A DNA stretch of 15,625 nt from a virus (IMGVR_UViG_3300030294_000003), one strand, 5' to 3'; shown: positions 1 through 7,092, numbered from the stretch's first letter. Numbers and translations are program-made. The notes: generated by a model not told the origin, from the letters alone.

Positions 1-18
1 AAAATCTGTCCTTTTCAT
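1..18 (-). CDS. 5' end of a gene running off the window (MKRTDF...)
   Basis: ATG at 18 follows an AT-rich leader downstream of the module at 43-87; only 6 codons are visible. Confidence 0.5.
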
Positions 19-42
19 AATTCCTTTGTTTTAAATTGTATA

Positions 43-87
43 CAAATGTACGCTTTTTAATTCATTGTTCAAAATCAAATTTGTTAA
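43..87 (-). promoter_or_regulatory. Promoter module M1
   Basis: TTAACAAATTTGATTTT...TACATTTG, 37-nt spacing. Confidence 0.8.
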
Positions 88-103
88 ATTAAATATTTAG
101 TTT

Positions 104-148
104 TTAACAAATTCTATTTCGGTATATGGATTATTTGCTGTATCTTTA
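104..148 (+). promoter_or_regulatory. Promoter module P1 (drives ncRNA copy 1)
   Basis: TTAACAAATTCTATTTC...TATCTTTAC, 37-nt spacing. Confidence 0.8.
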
Positions 149-161
149 CATTGTAATAAGA

Positions 162-199
162 GAGAGAGTTGGCAGGTTAAACACTGGAGTATTTTCTCC
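162..199 (+). ncRNA. Putative small RNA, copy 1 (conserved core)
   Basis: GAGAGA GTTGG CAG gttaaaca CTG GAGTATTTTCTCC; no ORF downstream of P1. Confidence 0.6.
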
Positions 200-237
200 A
201 ACACGATGTGAAATTTTTCGTTAATAGAAGTTAAAGA

Positions 238-320
238 AAAATCCCTTTCAACCGCTTATCTCTAATTTGCATCTGTGCGCCCAAATGTATTGATTAAAAG
301 TTTGTGTTGAAAGGAATTTT
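238..320. terminator. Long-loop inverted repeat, possible bidirectional terminator
   Basis: AAAATCCCTTTCAAC (238-252) / GTTGAAAGGAATTTT (306-320), 1 mismatch; lies between convergent units. Confidence 0.4.
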
Positions 321-450
321 ATGTTATTATATTTTGATATATATTTTGGTTGGATTTCTAATGTAGTGCATCGGTTACGGGTTTATAGTTTTAAGCTTTA
401 CGGCTGTCCTTTGTTACGTTCCATTTTATTCGTGTGTTTTTAGGCGATTG

Positions 451-540
451 TTAAACGTTGTGAATTACATAAACAGGATTGTTGAGTTCATCGACTCCAA
501 TACAGTACTTAGCTGTTAAAATGTTTTTTTCATATGCCAT
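451..540 (-). CDS. Small hypothetical protein, 29 aa (MAYEKNILTAKYCIGVDELNNPVYVIHNV)
   Basis: Translated by hand; first ATG after the M2 leader. Confidence 0.45.
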   Translation of the reverse strand: MAYEKNILTAKYCIGVDELNNPVYVIHNV

Positions 541-597
541 AAGTTTTAAATGTTAATATTATTTGTTTATATTGTTTAATTACTTTTAATTGATACA

Positions 598-642
598 CAA
601 AGATAGGTAATTATCCTATAATTTGCTAATGGAATTTGTTAA
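598..642 (-). promoter_or_regulatory. Promoter module M2
   Basis: TTAACAAATTCCATT...TATCTTTG, 37-nt spacing. Confidence 0.8.
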
Positions 643-655
643 ATAAAATTGTATT

Positions 656-1264
656 TTATCTTAGTTCCGTTGGTATTTCTTTTTTCCATTCAGAAATTTT
701 ATCTTGAATTAGGTTTATTTCTTTTTCCAAATTTTTAATAGCCAATTTTGCAGCTTCATAGGCTTCATAACTGTATTCTTTTTCTAAACGAGGTTCTACA
801 TCGGCATCAACAAATTTGTTGTCAGAATCAATCATAATTAAGTCAAAAAACGATTTTCTAACATACGTACAATAAGCGGTTGTAAATTTGTGTTCCCCAC
901 CTGAATAATAGCCACCGTTAACACATATTGAAATTTCCAAAGAGGTGTAATCACTTTTTTTATCAAGAAAAAACCATTGTAACCCTTTTCTGTTTTCAAA
1001 TGTTAAGCCAAATTTTTCAGTAAATTCATTGAAAAATTCATCAAAAAATTTAGTTCTATTACCACCCATTACAAACAATTTTTTCCCAATTAAACGGGAT
1101 TTATTTTCCAATAGAAAAGACTGAAAGTTTTTAACCATTTCATTCATTTCTTTACGTGCATTAATAATTCTTATAGCCTGTTCTTTTCTGTATTTGGCAC
1201 GTTCATCAGATTCAAATTTTGCTAATGCTTTATACTCTTCAATTTCTTTGTCAGTCAGTTTCAT
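656..1264 (-). CDS. Hypothetical protein, 202 aa, helical/coiled-coil termini
   Basis: ORF track; own promoter M3 and AT-rich leader. Confidence 0.85.
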   Translation of the reverse strand: MKLTDKEIEEYKALAKFESDERAKYRKEQAIRIINARKEMNEMVKNFQSFLLENKSRLIGKKLFVMGGNRTKFFDEFFNEFTEKFGLTFENRKGLQWFFLDKKSDYTSLEISICVNGGYYSGGEHKFTTAYCTYVRKSFFDLIMIDSDNKFVDADVEPRLEKEYSYEAYEAAKLAIKNLEKEINLIQDKISEWKKEIPTELR

Positions 1265-1302
1265 AAGGCGTTTATTTTAGTTCGTTTTAATTAATCGATA
1301 TA

Positions 1303-1347
1303 CAAAGATAATGTATTTCGTTGGTATTCGAAAATGGGATTTGTTAA
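1303..1347 (-). promoter_or_regulatory. Promoter module M3
   Basis: TTAACAAATCCCATTTT...TATCTTTG, 37-nt spacing. Confidence 0.8.
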
Positions 1348-1799
1348 ATTAATTTTATTAACTCCTGAACAATTACAGAATAAGGAACGTAAAAAGTACC
1401 AATTTCGTTCATTCTTTCAGCTTCACAATTAATCAAATACTGTGCATTCTCCTTTGTTAAATTTTCATACTTTTGGCTGTAATATGGATTAAAAAATTGA
1501 CCGTTGTAACGTTTGGTATCAATTGTTAAATCGTAACGAAATTTATTTTGTCGTACCCATACACCGAAATATGAAAAACTTGAACAATCCCCATCACATG
1601 TTTCGAAATGTCCGTATTTGTTTTCTAAAATACTATCAATTGTTAAAAATGGTAGTTGTTCTAAAAAACGTTGTTCAATCATTTTTTTGTTGTAGTCCTT
1701 ACAAAATTTTTCGTATTCAGATACACCCATCAATTTTTCCAATTTATTTTGGGCATCGATATACAAATCACTTTCAATCCAAACTTCGCTATCATTCAT
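1344..1799 (-). CDS. Hypothetical protein, 151 aa
   Basis: ORF track; promoter M4; stop TAA lies inside the TTAAC of M3. Confidence 0.85.
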   Translation of the reverse strand: MNDSEVWIESDLYIDAQNKLEKLMGVSEYEKFCKDYNKKMIEQRFLEQLPFLTIDSILENKYGHFETCDGDCSSFSYFGVWVRQNKFRYDLTIDTKRYNGQFFNPYYSQKYENLTKENAQYLINCEAERMNEIGTFYVPYSVIVQELIKLI

Positions 1800-1829
1800 A
1801 ATCTTTTGATTTATTAATTAATTGATATA

Positions 1830-1874
1830 CAAATGTAGTGAAATTACCAATACAAAGCAAATGTAATTTGTTAA
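1830..1874 (-). promoter_or_regulatory. Promoter module M4
   Basis: TTAACAAATTACATTTG...TACATTTG, 37-nt spacing. Confidence 0.8.
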
Positions 1875-1901
1875 AAAATGATCTAAATAAAACATATTCT
1901 T

Positions 1902-1946
1902 TTAACAAATTCGGGTTTGAAATACCAATGAAAAGCACTATCTTTG
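1902..1946 (+). promoter_or_regulatory. Promoter module P2 (drives ncRNA copy 2)
   Basis: TTAACAAATTCGGGTTTG-N19-TATCTTTG, 37-nt spacing. Confidence 0.8.
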
Positions 1947-1964
1947 TATCATAAAATAAGAGTA

Positions 1965-2004
1965 GAGAGGTTGGTAGTCGTAACAAAACTAAAGTATTTT
2001 CTCC
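1965..2004 (+). ncRNA. Putative small RNA, copy 2 (conserved core)
   Basis: GAGAG GTTGG TAGT cgtaacaaa ACTA AAGTATTTTCTCC; TAG/CTA is a compensatory change relative to CAG/CTG. Confidence 0.6.
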
Positions 2005-2041
2005 GTTATATAGAATAAAATAATGTTAACTGAAGTTAAAA

Positions 2042-2072
2042 AATCCCTTAACATTTATTGTGTTAAAGGATT
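2042..2072. terminator. Hairpin, likely bidirectional terminator
   Basis: AATCCCTTAACA-TTTATTG-TGTTAAAGGATT, between convergent units. Confidence 0.5.
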
Positions 2073-2078
2073 CTAAAA

Positions 2079-2153
2079 TTAATTCCACTTATTTTCTTGT
2101 TTGCTTATTTTTTTGTAAGGTTGTTTATCCTTATATGTTAATGTTTTTGCCAT
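2079..2153 (-). CDS. Possible basic micropeptide, 24 aa (MAKTLTYKDKQPYKKISKQENKWN)
   Basis: Translated by hand; follows 2175-2345 with an A-rich leader; very short. Confidence 0.3.
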   Translation of the reverse strand: MAKTLTYKDKQPYKKISKQENKWN

Positions 2154-2174
2154 TGGTATTTTATTTAAATTATT

Positions 2175-2345
2175 TTACTTTAAATCTGATATATCAAACC
2201 TTGTTACTTTTCCCTCAATCGTATATATTAATCCATTCCAAGTTAAAAATTCATAACCAGCAATTTTTGCCACTTCAATTGCCTTATCAATATGCCCCCA
2301 CATCGATGGGCGTAGCGAACTGTTAAAAATATATTTCCAACTCAT
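2175..2345 (-). CDS. Hypothetical protein, 56 aa (MSWKYIFNSSLRPSMWGH...GYEFLTWNGLIY...)
   Basis: Translated by hand; starts 6 nt after the stop of 2352-2675. Confidence 0.75.
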   Translation of the reverse strand: MSWKYIFNSSLRPSMWGHIDKAIEVAKIAGYEFLTWNGLIYTIEGKVTRFDISDLK

Positions 2346-2351
2346 ATTATT

Positions 2352-2675
2352 TTAATTAAATTGTTGGTTATAACGTTTTATTTTTTCTTTATATAATTCT
2401 TTCAAATAACGTGAATGATTACGACGTGTAACGATTTTAACATCGTAACCGATTGATTTTAATTCTTTCAATAGGTCTGCATATTCTGATGGTTTTGCAT
2501 TACATGTAAAGTCGTTTATATCCCACCTACAAACAGAATGTTGCTCGACACGCATATAAGAACCTACATAATCTTCCCCCTCAATTTGGTACGGAAAAAC
2601 GGCAATTACTTCTTTATTCCCGTATTTAAATTTCCTGAACTGAACTTCAATTAAAATATTTTTATCTGTTTCCAT
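2352..2675 (-). CDS. Hypothetical protein, 107 aa, resembles a phage family with V.FRK..VIAVFP..SY...QH..A.P.EY..LL.EL..IGY
   Basis: ORF track; promoter M5; family resemblance is from memory, function unknown. Confidence 0.85.
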   Translation of the reverse strand: METDKNILIEVQFRKFKYGNKEVIAVFPYQIEGEDYVGSYMRVEQHSVCRWDINDFTCNAKPSEYADLLKELKSIGYDVKIVTRRNHSRYLKELYKEKIKRYNQQFN

Positions 2676-2705
2676 AACGATTGATTATTTATTAATTTCT
2701 TATCA

Positions 2706-2750
2706 CAAAGATAGTTTAAATTGTCTATTCGTGAAAATGGAATTTGTTAA
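2706..2750 (-). promoter_or_regulatory. Promoter module M5
   Basis: TTAACAAATTCCATTTTCACGAA...TATCTTTG, 37-nt spacing. Confidence 0.8.
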
Positions 2751-3133
2751 TATTTGCTTACGTTTATACCTCTTTCGTGTTGAATTTCGCAAAGTAAATA
2801 ATCTGCATTCATTTCGTTTGGAACACTACAATAGCACTCAAATATTTTTTGCTCTTTATTCGTAACAACTGTTAAATTTCCTTCACAATCGGTTTTAATA
2901 CATTCAATTTTTTCACCGTTGTAAGTACTACCAACATATTTTTGTGGTATTAACGTTTGTTCACTATTCGCTTTTATGTAATAGATATACATATCCAACT
3001 CATTCAATTTACTGTAATCAATTTCATTATCATCAAACCACATATATAATGTATTGATGTCTATTGCTTCTTTAACATTTATTAAATGTTTGTAAGCTTC
3101 AACCAATTCTTCATCTATATAAACTTTTTTCAT
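2747..3133 (-). CDS. Hypothetical protein, 128 aa
   Basis: ORF track; promoter M6; stop inside the TTAAC of M5. Confidence 0.85.
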   Translation of the reverse strand: MKKVYIDEELVEAYKHLINVKEAIDINTLYMWFDDNEIDYSKLNELDMYIYYIKANSEQTLIPQKYVGSTYNGEKIECIKTDCEGNLTVVTNKEQKIFECYCSVPNEMNADYLLCEIQHERGINVSKY

Positions 3134-3165
3134 TGTGTTTGATTTATTTAATTATTTAATGTTCA

Positions 3166-3210
3166 CAAATGTACTATATTTAAACCATTCGTGAAAATGG
3201 AATTTGTTAA
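3166..3210 (-). promoter_or_regulatory. Promoter module M6
   Basis: TTAACAAATTCCATTTTCACGAA...TACATTTG, 37-nt spacing. Confidence 0.8.
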
Positions 3211-3211
3211 A

Positions 3212-3472
3212 TTATGATTCTAAATCGGAAAAATATTCGACCACATCATCGTAAAACTTTTCAGTAATTCCACCAAATGTATAAAGATGTTCATTAACCT
3301 TAACTTCCATTAAATTGATACCCGCTTTTTCAATAATTGTATTCATTCCTTGAGGTCTTAAATAGAATACATTTTTATTTAATGCATACATTAGAATAAT
3401 TTCATCGATTAAAAATAATAAATGTTCAACAACTTGTTTTTCACTTGAATTGGTAGGGTTAATATTTTTCAT
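3212..3472 (-). CDS. Hypothetical protein, 86 aa
   Basis: ORF track; tightly linked to 3478-3762. Confidence 0.8.
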   Translation of the reverse strand: MKNINPTNSSEKQVVEHLLFLIDEIILMYALNKNVFYLRPQGMNTIIEKAGINLMEVKVNEHLYTFGGITEKFYDDVVEYFSDLES

Positions 3473-3477
3473 AATGA

Positions 3478-3762
3478 TTAATATTTAAGAGTTTCTTTGT
3501 TAAATTGTTCAACTGAAATTATTTCAATTTGTGCTCTGCTTGCATCATAAGACATTCCACTATTATCTTTATACTTTTCACTACCATCTTCTTTTAATTG
3601 CTTGTGAGCATATTGAATTGCTTTTTTGGCTTGTGAAATAGTATTATAATACAAAATATAAGAATAAAACATTCCATTTCTGTTAAAAATAGAACCACCC
3701 AAATTATTAACAAGTTTGTGATTCCCGTTAATTTGACCTGTCACTCTAATAATTGCTTTCAT
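3478..3762 (-). CDS. Hypothetical protein, 94 aa
   Basis: ORF track; promoter M7. Confidence 0.8.
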   Translation of the reverse strand: MKAIIRVTGQINGNHKLVNNLGGSIFNRNGMFYSYILYYNTISQAKKAIQYAHKQLKEDGSEKYKDNSGMSYDASRAQIEIISVEQFNKETLKY

Positions 3763-3788
3763 AAAAACTGTTTGTTTTAATTATGATA

Positions 3789-3833
3789 CAAAGATAATAT
3801 TTTCACTTCATTCCTTAAAATGAAATATGTTAA
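3789..3833 (-). promoter_or_regulatory. Promoter module M7
   Basis: TTAACATATTTCATTTT...TATCTTTG, 37-nt spacing. Confidence 0.8.
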
Positions 3834-4000
3834 TATTTAAAAAAGTGTGCTGTTAATTTCATTGTCGTTGGTACGTTAACTTCTTTAAAACGTTCCTTTG
3901 CAGCCTTACATGTTTTGGATTGTTCAGTACTACATATATAACAACCATCTAAAAAAATATCAATTTTGTAGCAACCTGTTTGACTGTTATATTTTTTCAT
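3830..4000 (-). CDS. Hypothetical Cys-containing protein, 56 aa (MKKYNSQTGCYKIDIFLDGCYICSTEQSKTCKAAK...)
   Basis: Translated by hand; promoter M8; stop inside the TTAAC of M7. Confidence 0.75.
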   Translation of the reverse strand: MKKYNSQTGCYKIDIFLDGCYICSTEQSKTCKAAKERFKEVNVPTTMKLTAHFFKY

Positions 4001-4033
4001 TTTATTTTTGATTAATTAATTTTGATTACCTTA

Positions 4034-4078
4034 CAAAGATACGGGAAATATTTCATTCCCGCAACTCTTATTTGTTAA
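4034..4078 (-). promoter_or_regulatory. Promoter module M8 (hairpin in spacer)
   Basis: TTAACAAATAAGAGTTGCGGGAA...TTCCCGTATCTTTG, 37-nt spacing. Confidence 0.75.
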
Positions 4079-4218
4079 AAATTCCGTTTTATTGGTATGT
4101 CATTTAATTTAACATCGTCAAAATAAAATGCTTTTTCGTAAGCTGCAATTTCAGCTTTTTCACAGTCTTTAACATACCGTTTATGACCATCGCCCCAAGT
4201 AATTAAATTTGTTTCCAT
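4075..4218 (-). CDS. Hypothetical protein, 47 aa (METNLITWGDGHKRYVKDCEK...)
   Basis: Translated by hand; stop inside the TTAAC of M8. Confidence 0.7.
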   Translation of the reverse strand: METNLITWGDGHKRYVKDCEKAEIAAYEKAFYFDDVKLNDIPIKRNF

Positions 4219-4230
4219 AAGTTAAGGGTT

Positions 4231-4425
4231 TTATTTGTAATATTTGTCCGCTGTAAATTGCCTATCAAAACATACCATACTTCGATTACTGTTTTCATAT
4301 CTATTAACAATTGATATTGCTTCTTCTCTTGTACAACCTCTTCTCAAAATTTCACGTCGACGACTTACTTTAAACACTCTGTAAACCTTATACGTTCCAA
4401 TGTATTTTTTTGCCTCTACTCTCAT
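4231..4425 (-). CDS. Basic hypothetical protein, 64 aa (YKVYR...G.T.EEA motif)
   Basis: ORF track; part of the M9 operon. Confidence 0.75.
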   Translation of the reverse strand: MRVEAKKYIGTYKVYRVFKVSRRREILRRGCTREEAISIVNRYENSNRSMVCFDRQFTADKYYK

Positions 4426-4432
4426 AATGATT

Positions 4433-4555
4433 TTATTTACAAATAATGTTACTAAAATGGTTTGAAAAATCCGCTTGTGAAATACCTATAATGAATAAAA
4501 CTAAAACCACCAATGCGATAACTAAATTTATATTAACTTTTTTTAGTGTTTTCAT
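4433..4555 (-). CDS. Small membrane/signal-peptide-like protein, 40 aa (MKTLKKVNINLVIALVVLVLFIIGISQA...)
   Basis: Translated by hand; basic N-terminus followed by a hydrophobic stretch. Confidence 0.65.
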   Translation of the reverse strand: MKTLKKVNINLVIALVVLVLFIIGISQADFSNHFSNIICK

Positions 4556-4564
4556 TTGTTTCTA

Positions 4565-4672
4565 TTATAGGTTGCTTGCTATGAATAAACCGATTGAATA
4601 ATAAGCTAAACAGGCAAATACCAATTTTTCAGCTTTTGAACGTTTTTTTACGAATGCTATAACTTTTTTCAT
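4565..4672 (-). CDS. Small membrane peptide, 35 aa (MKKVIAFVKKRSKAEKLVFACLAYYSIGLFIASNL)
   Basis: Translated by hand; first ORF after M9, leader AAACGCCTTATG. Confidence 0.65.
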   Translation of the reverse strand: MKKVIAFVKKRSKAEKLVFACLAYYSIGLFIASNL

Positions 4673-4712
4673 AAGGCGTTTGTTTAATTTTGTTTTCTTT
4701 AATTTCAATACG

Positions 4713-4757
4713 TAAAAGTAATGAAAAATACCCATTAACGAAAATGGAATTTGTTAA
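4713..4757 (-). promoter_or_regulatory. Promoter module M9
   Basis: TTAACAAATTCCATTTT...TACTTTTAC, 37-nt spacing. Confidence 0.75.
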
Positions 4758-4930
4758 AGTTTATCAACTGCATTTATAAAATCTGCAACCTCAATTCCAC
4801 CGATACAATAGTCACCGTTTGGTAAATAAATGTATTGACTGAAATGTTCTTTCGTATGGTTAACAAGTTGAAAAACTTTGTGGTTGTCAATCATATAATT
4901 GAAAATCGCTTTTTTAAGTTCTAAGTTCAT
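4754..4930 (-). CDS. Hypothetical protein, 58 aa (MNLELKKAIFNYMIDNH...GDYCIGGIEVADFINAVDKL)
   Basis: Translated by hand; stop inside the TTAAC of M9. Confidence 0.75.
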   Translation of the reverse strand: MNLELKKAIFNYMIDNHKVFQLVNHTKEHFSQYIYLPNGDYCIGGIEVADFINAVDKL

Positions 4931-4951
4931 AGCCGTATATTGTTTATTTGA

Positions 4952-5167
4952 TTAATAATCAATTGATTTAGAATTATAATAATTAACTTCTAACCAATTT
5001 TCAACCTCTTTATTAAAATTTTCTAATTCATCATTATCTTCTGCATCAGGAATGTTAACGCCTTCTAATTCGCCTAAAAAAATGTTTTTTTCCCAAATAT
5101 CAATTCCGCCATCAAATTGTTTACAAATAAATTCATCCACCCCAACAAAAACACTAATTGTATTCAT
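4952..5167 (-). CDS. Acidic hypothetical protein, 71 aa
   Basis: ORF track; promoter M10; 17 D/E vs 4 K/R. Confidence 0.8.
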   Translation of the reverse strand: MNTISVFVGVDEFICKQFDGGIDIWEKNIFLGELEGVNIPDAEDNDELENFNKEVENWLEVNYYNSKSIDY

Positions 5168-5206
5168 AACTTTATTTTTTAAATTGTTTTATTTAATTTC
5201 AATATG

Positions 5207-5251
5207 TAAAAGTAAACAAAAGCATCTACAACTGCAAATGCTTTTTGTTAA
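5207..5251 (-). promoter_or_regulatory. Promoter module M10 (hairpin in spacer)
   Basis: TTAACAAAAAGCATTTG-N20-TACTTTTAC, 37-nt spacing. Confidence 0.75.
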
Positions 5252-5266
5252 ATTAAATCAGATTTT

Positions 5267-5797
5267 TTATCTGAATGGATTGTAATTAACATCTTCCAAC
5301 GATTTAATAGCTTCAACATCCAATTGTAATTCACTAAAGTAATTCCAGCCATTGGATAACCCTTTTTCACATAGTTCAATAAATGGGTCGTATAATGGTT
5401 TTAAATCTTCAAATTTTGAACCGCAATACATTACGTTAGCTTTTAAATCAACTATTGCCATCATTCTGATATAACCATAAAAATATTGAATTTCATTATT
5501 ATCAAATAATTCAATGTTTTCATTAACAAATTTGCAACCTTTGTTTATTGATTCTATACCGTTAAAATCAAATGCCATTGTTTTGATATGGTTATCATCG
5601 TTGTAATAACGAACCAACAAAGCGTAATAAGTTGATTTTTTTGGTGCGCACAATTTACCTGTTTTCGGGTCAATAGTTTGTGTAACGTGCCTGTAACCCT
5701 TTTTAGGGCTAAATTCCATAGAATCATACAAAGTGGTTTTTAATCGAAATCCCCAAGGGTAATTCTCAACTGCAATTTTTTCACTTGTCTTAATCAT
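5267..5797 (-). CDS. Hypothetical protein, 176 aa, resembles a phage family with YPWGF..E...KG.R...QT..PKKSTY
   Basis: ORF track; promoter M11; family resemblance is from memory. Confidence 0.85.
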   Translation of the reverse strand: MIKTSEKIAVENYPWGFRLKTTLYDSMEFSPKKGYRHVTQTIDPKTGKLCAPKKSTYYALLVRYYNDDNHIKTMAFDFNGIESINKGCKFVNENIELFDNNEIQYFYGYIRMMAIVDLKANVMYCGSKFEDLKPLYDPFIELCEKGLSNGWNYFSELQLDVEAIKSLEDVNYNPFR

Positions 5798-5850
5798 AAT
5801 AGTATATTTTTTAAAAGCGTTTAATTATTTCGTTTTAATTAATTGATATA

Positions 5851-5895
5851 CAAAAATAGTGTTTAACATTGATATATCAAAATGGAATTTGTTAA
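5851..5895 (-). promoter_or_regulatory. Promoter module M11
   Basis: TTAACAAATTCCATTTT...GTTAAACACTATTTTTG, 37-nt spacing. Confidence 0.8.
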
Positions 5896-6113
5896 TAAAA
5901 ACGAATATTTTCTCTAATATATTTTTCAACAATTAGTTTATTTGTTAAATTACATTTACCATTGGTATATGGTTCAATACCTTTTTCAATTATAATCAAA
6001 CGACCAATTTCGCCACATCTTAAAATTCCATTTTGTAAAAACCAATAGTATTTTGTAGTTGTTACAAAAACAAAATCGTTTAGTTGAACTTTAATAAGCT
6101 TTTGTGTTAACAT
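5892..6113 (-). CDS. Hypothetical protein, 73 aa
   Basis: ORF track; stop inside the TTAAC of M11. Confidence 0.75.
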   Translation of the reverse strand: MLTQKLIKVQLNDFVFVTTTKYYWFLQNGILRCGEIGRLIIIEKGIEPYTNGKCNLTNKLIVEKYIRENIRFY

Positions 6114-6125
6114 ATTTTTTATTTG

Positions 6126-6419
6126 TTAAATAAAAATTAATTTTATTGCTGCTTTCATAGCCGTTTCAATGTTATCATCAACACAATTGTTTGGATATAA
6201 CTCAAAACTTTCGGTTAATGGTAAAATACGTACACCATCAGAATCTAAATTAACATTTGAATTATTAACTAAATAGTTGTAGTTTACAAAGACTTTAAAA
6301 TGTAATTCATGTAACATAGAATCGGTTAAACATTTTTCCTTAGAAGTTATTCCGTAATGGTTAACTACTACTTTTAAACCGTTTACAAGTAAGTCAAATT
6401 GAGCTTTTGGATATTTCAT
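6126..6419 (-). CDS. Hypothetical protein, 97 aa
   Basis: ORF track; promoter M12; stop inside an orphan TTTAACAAAT half-site. Confidence 0.8.
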   Translation of the reverse strand: MKYPKAQFDLLVNGLKVVVNHYGITSKEKCLTDSMLHELHFKVFVNYNYLVNNSNVNLDSDGVRILPLTESFELYPNNCVDDNIETAMKAAIKLIFI

Positions 6420-6447
6420 TTTGTTTTCGTTTAATAAATTTATAATA

Positions 6448-6492
6448 CAAAAGTAAGCTTTTAACCAACACGAAACAAATGCTTTTTGTTAA
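6448..6492 (-). promoter_or_regulatory. Promoter module M12
   Basis: TTAACAAAAAGCATTTG-N20-TACTTTTG, 37-nt spacing. Confidence 0.8.
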
Positions 6493-6509
6493 AAAACAAA
6501 TTAATTATT

Positions 6510-6554
6510 TTAACAAATTCCATTTTACTAATCCATTATATTATATTACTTTTA
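6510..6554 (+). promoter_or_regulatory. Promoter module P3
   Basis: TTAACAAATTCCATTTT...TACTTTTAC, 37-nt spacing. Confidence 0.75.
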
Positions 6555-6580
6555 CATCGAAATCAAAACAATATAGCATC

Positions 6581-6934
6581 ATGGAAAAGAAATCTATTTT
6601 CACAATTGAAGTTTATAACATGACAGGTGGAAAGTTCAATAGTGTTACAAACACGTTTAGCAGTGCTTTAAACGCTTTAGAAAACATTCTTTGTAACCTA
6701 CAAGCGCAAAGTAAATTTGAGCATTATCAGGTCTTTATTCAAGAGTCAAAATTTGATAAAAACGGATTGTTGGTTATGAAAACAAAAGTTAACCGTTTTA
6801 ATTTGAATGTTTTTTCAGAATTTGAATTAACAAATGATAGTCATCAATTTCATTTTATTGCAATGGATTTAATTGAAAAAATGAATAAAAGAATTGAATT
6901 GAATGATGGAATAAAATGGGATTTGTTAAAATAA
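6581..6934 (+). CDS. Hypothetical protein, 117 aa (start revised to MEKKSIF)
   Basis: The track start at 6479 lies upstream of promoter P3; ATG 6581 follows the leader. Confidence 0.75.
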   Translation: MEKKSIFTIEVYNMTGGKFNSVTNTFSSALNALENILCNLQAQSKFEHYQVFIQESKFDKNGLLVMKTKVNRFNLNVFSEFELTNDSHQFHFIAMDLIEKMNKRIELNDGIKWDLLK

Positions 6935-6947
6935 AAAATAAATTAAT

Positions 6948-6992
6948 TTAACAAAAAGGGTTTGCAGAAGTAAGCCCTTTTCTGTATCTTTG
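6948..6992 (+). promoter_or_regulatory. Promoter module P4 (terminator-like hairpin in spacer; drives ncRNA copy 3)
   Basis: TTAACAAAAAGGGTTTG-N20-TATCTTTG, 37-nt spacing. Confidence 0.8.
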
Positions 6993-7010
6993 TATTACAA
7001 TAATGGATGA

Positions 7011-7051
7011 GAGAGGTTGACAGGATGCACAAATCCTGAAGTATGGTCTCC
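7011..7051 (+). ncRNA. Putative small RNA, copy 3 (conserved core)
   Basis: GAGAG GTTGA CAGGAT gcacaa ATCCTG AAGTATGGTCTCC; 6-bp hairpin. Confidence 0.6.
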
Positions 7052-7092
7052 TTGACATCTAAACTTTTTTTGTTAAAAAAACTTAATAAAAA

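Noticed and set aside
168-202. GTTG...CAAC 35-mer as a Cas13b-like solitary CRISPR repeat
   Set aside because: The terminal CAAC is present only in copy 1; the other four copies lack it.
1523-1801. ORF track 1523-1801 (+)
   Set aside because: Antisense shadow of 1344-1799; no promoter or leader.
1792-1986. ORF track 1792-1986 (-)
   Set aside because: Runs across promoters M4 and P2 and the RNA core; non-ATG start.
2060-2326. ORF track 2060-2326 (+)
   Set aside because: Antisense to the better ORF 2175-2345; composition typical of a shadow frame.
3184-3212. Module as a Xer dif/pdif site (ATTTGTTAAAT resembles the XerD arm TTATGTTAAAT)
   Set aside because: The would-be XerC arm is not conserved between copies, while the fixed spacing to the -7 box is. 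A promoter role explains the conservation better. Not fully excluded.
5052-5285. ORF track 5052-5285 (+)
   Set aside because: Antisense to 4952-5167 and crosses promoter M10.
6479-6580. N-terminal extension of ORF 6479-6934
   Set aside because: It spans promoters M12 and P3; the true start is most likely 6581.
7017-7047. TTGACA...TATGGT as an E. coli-type sigma70 promoter inside the RNA core
   Set aside because: The spacer varies from 15 to over 25 nt among copies, and the covarying hairpin argues for structure rather than a promoter.
7011-7051. RNA element as a hammerhead ribozyme or known riboswitch
   Set aside because: CTGAAGTA is not CUGANGA, the GAAA core is absent, and there is no downstream gene to regulate.
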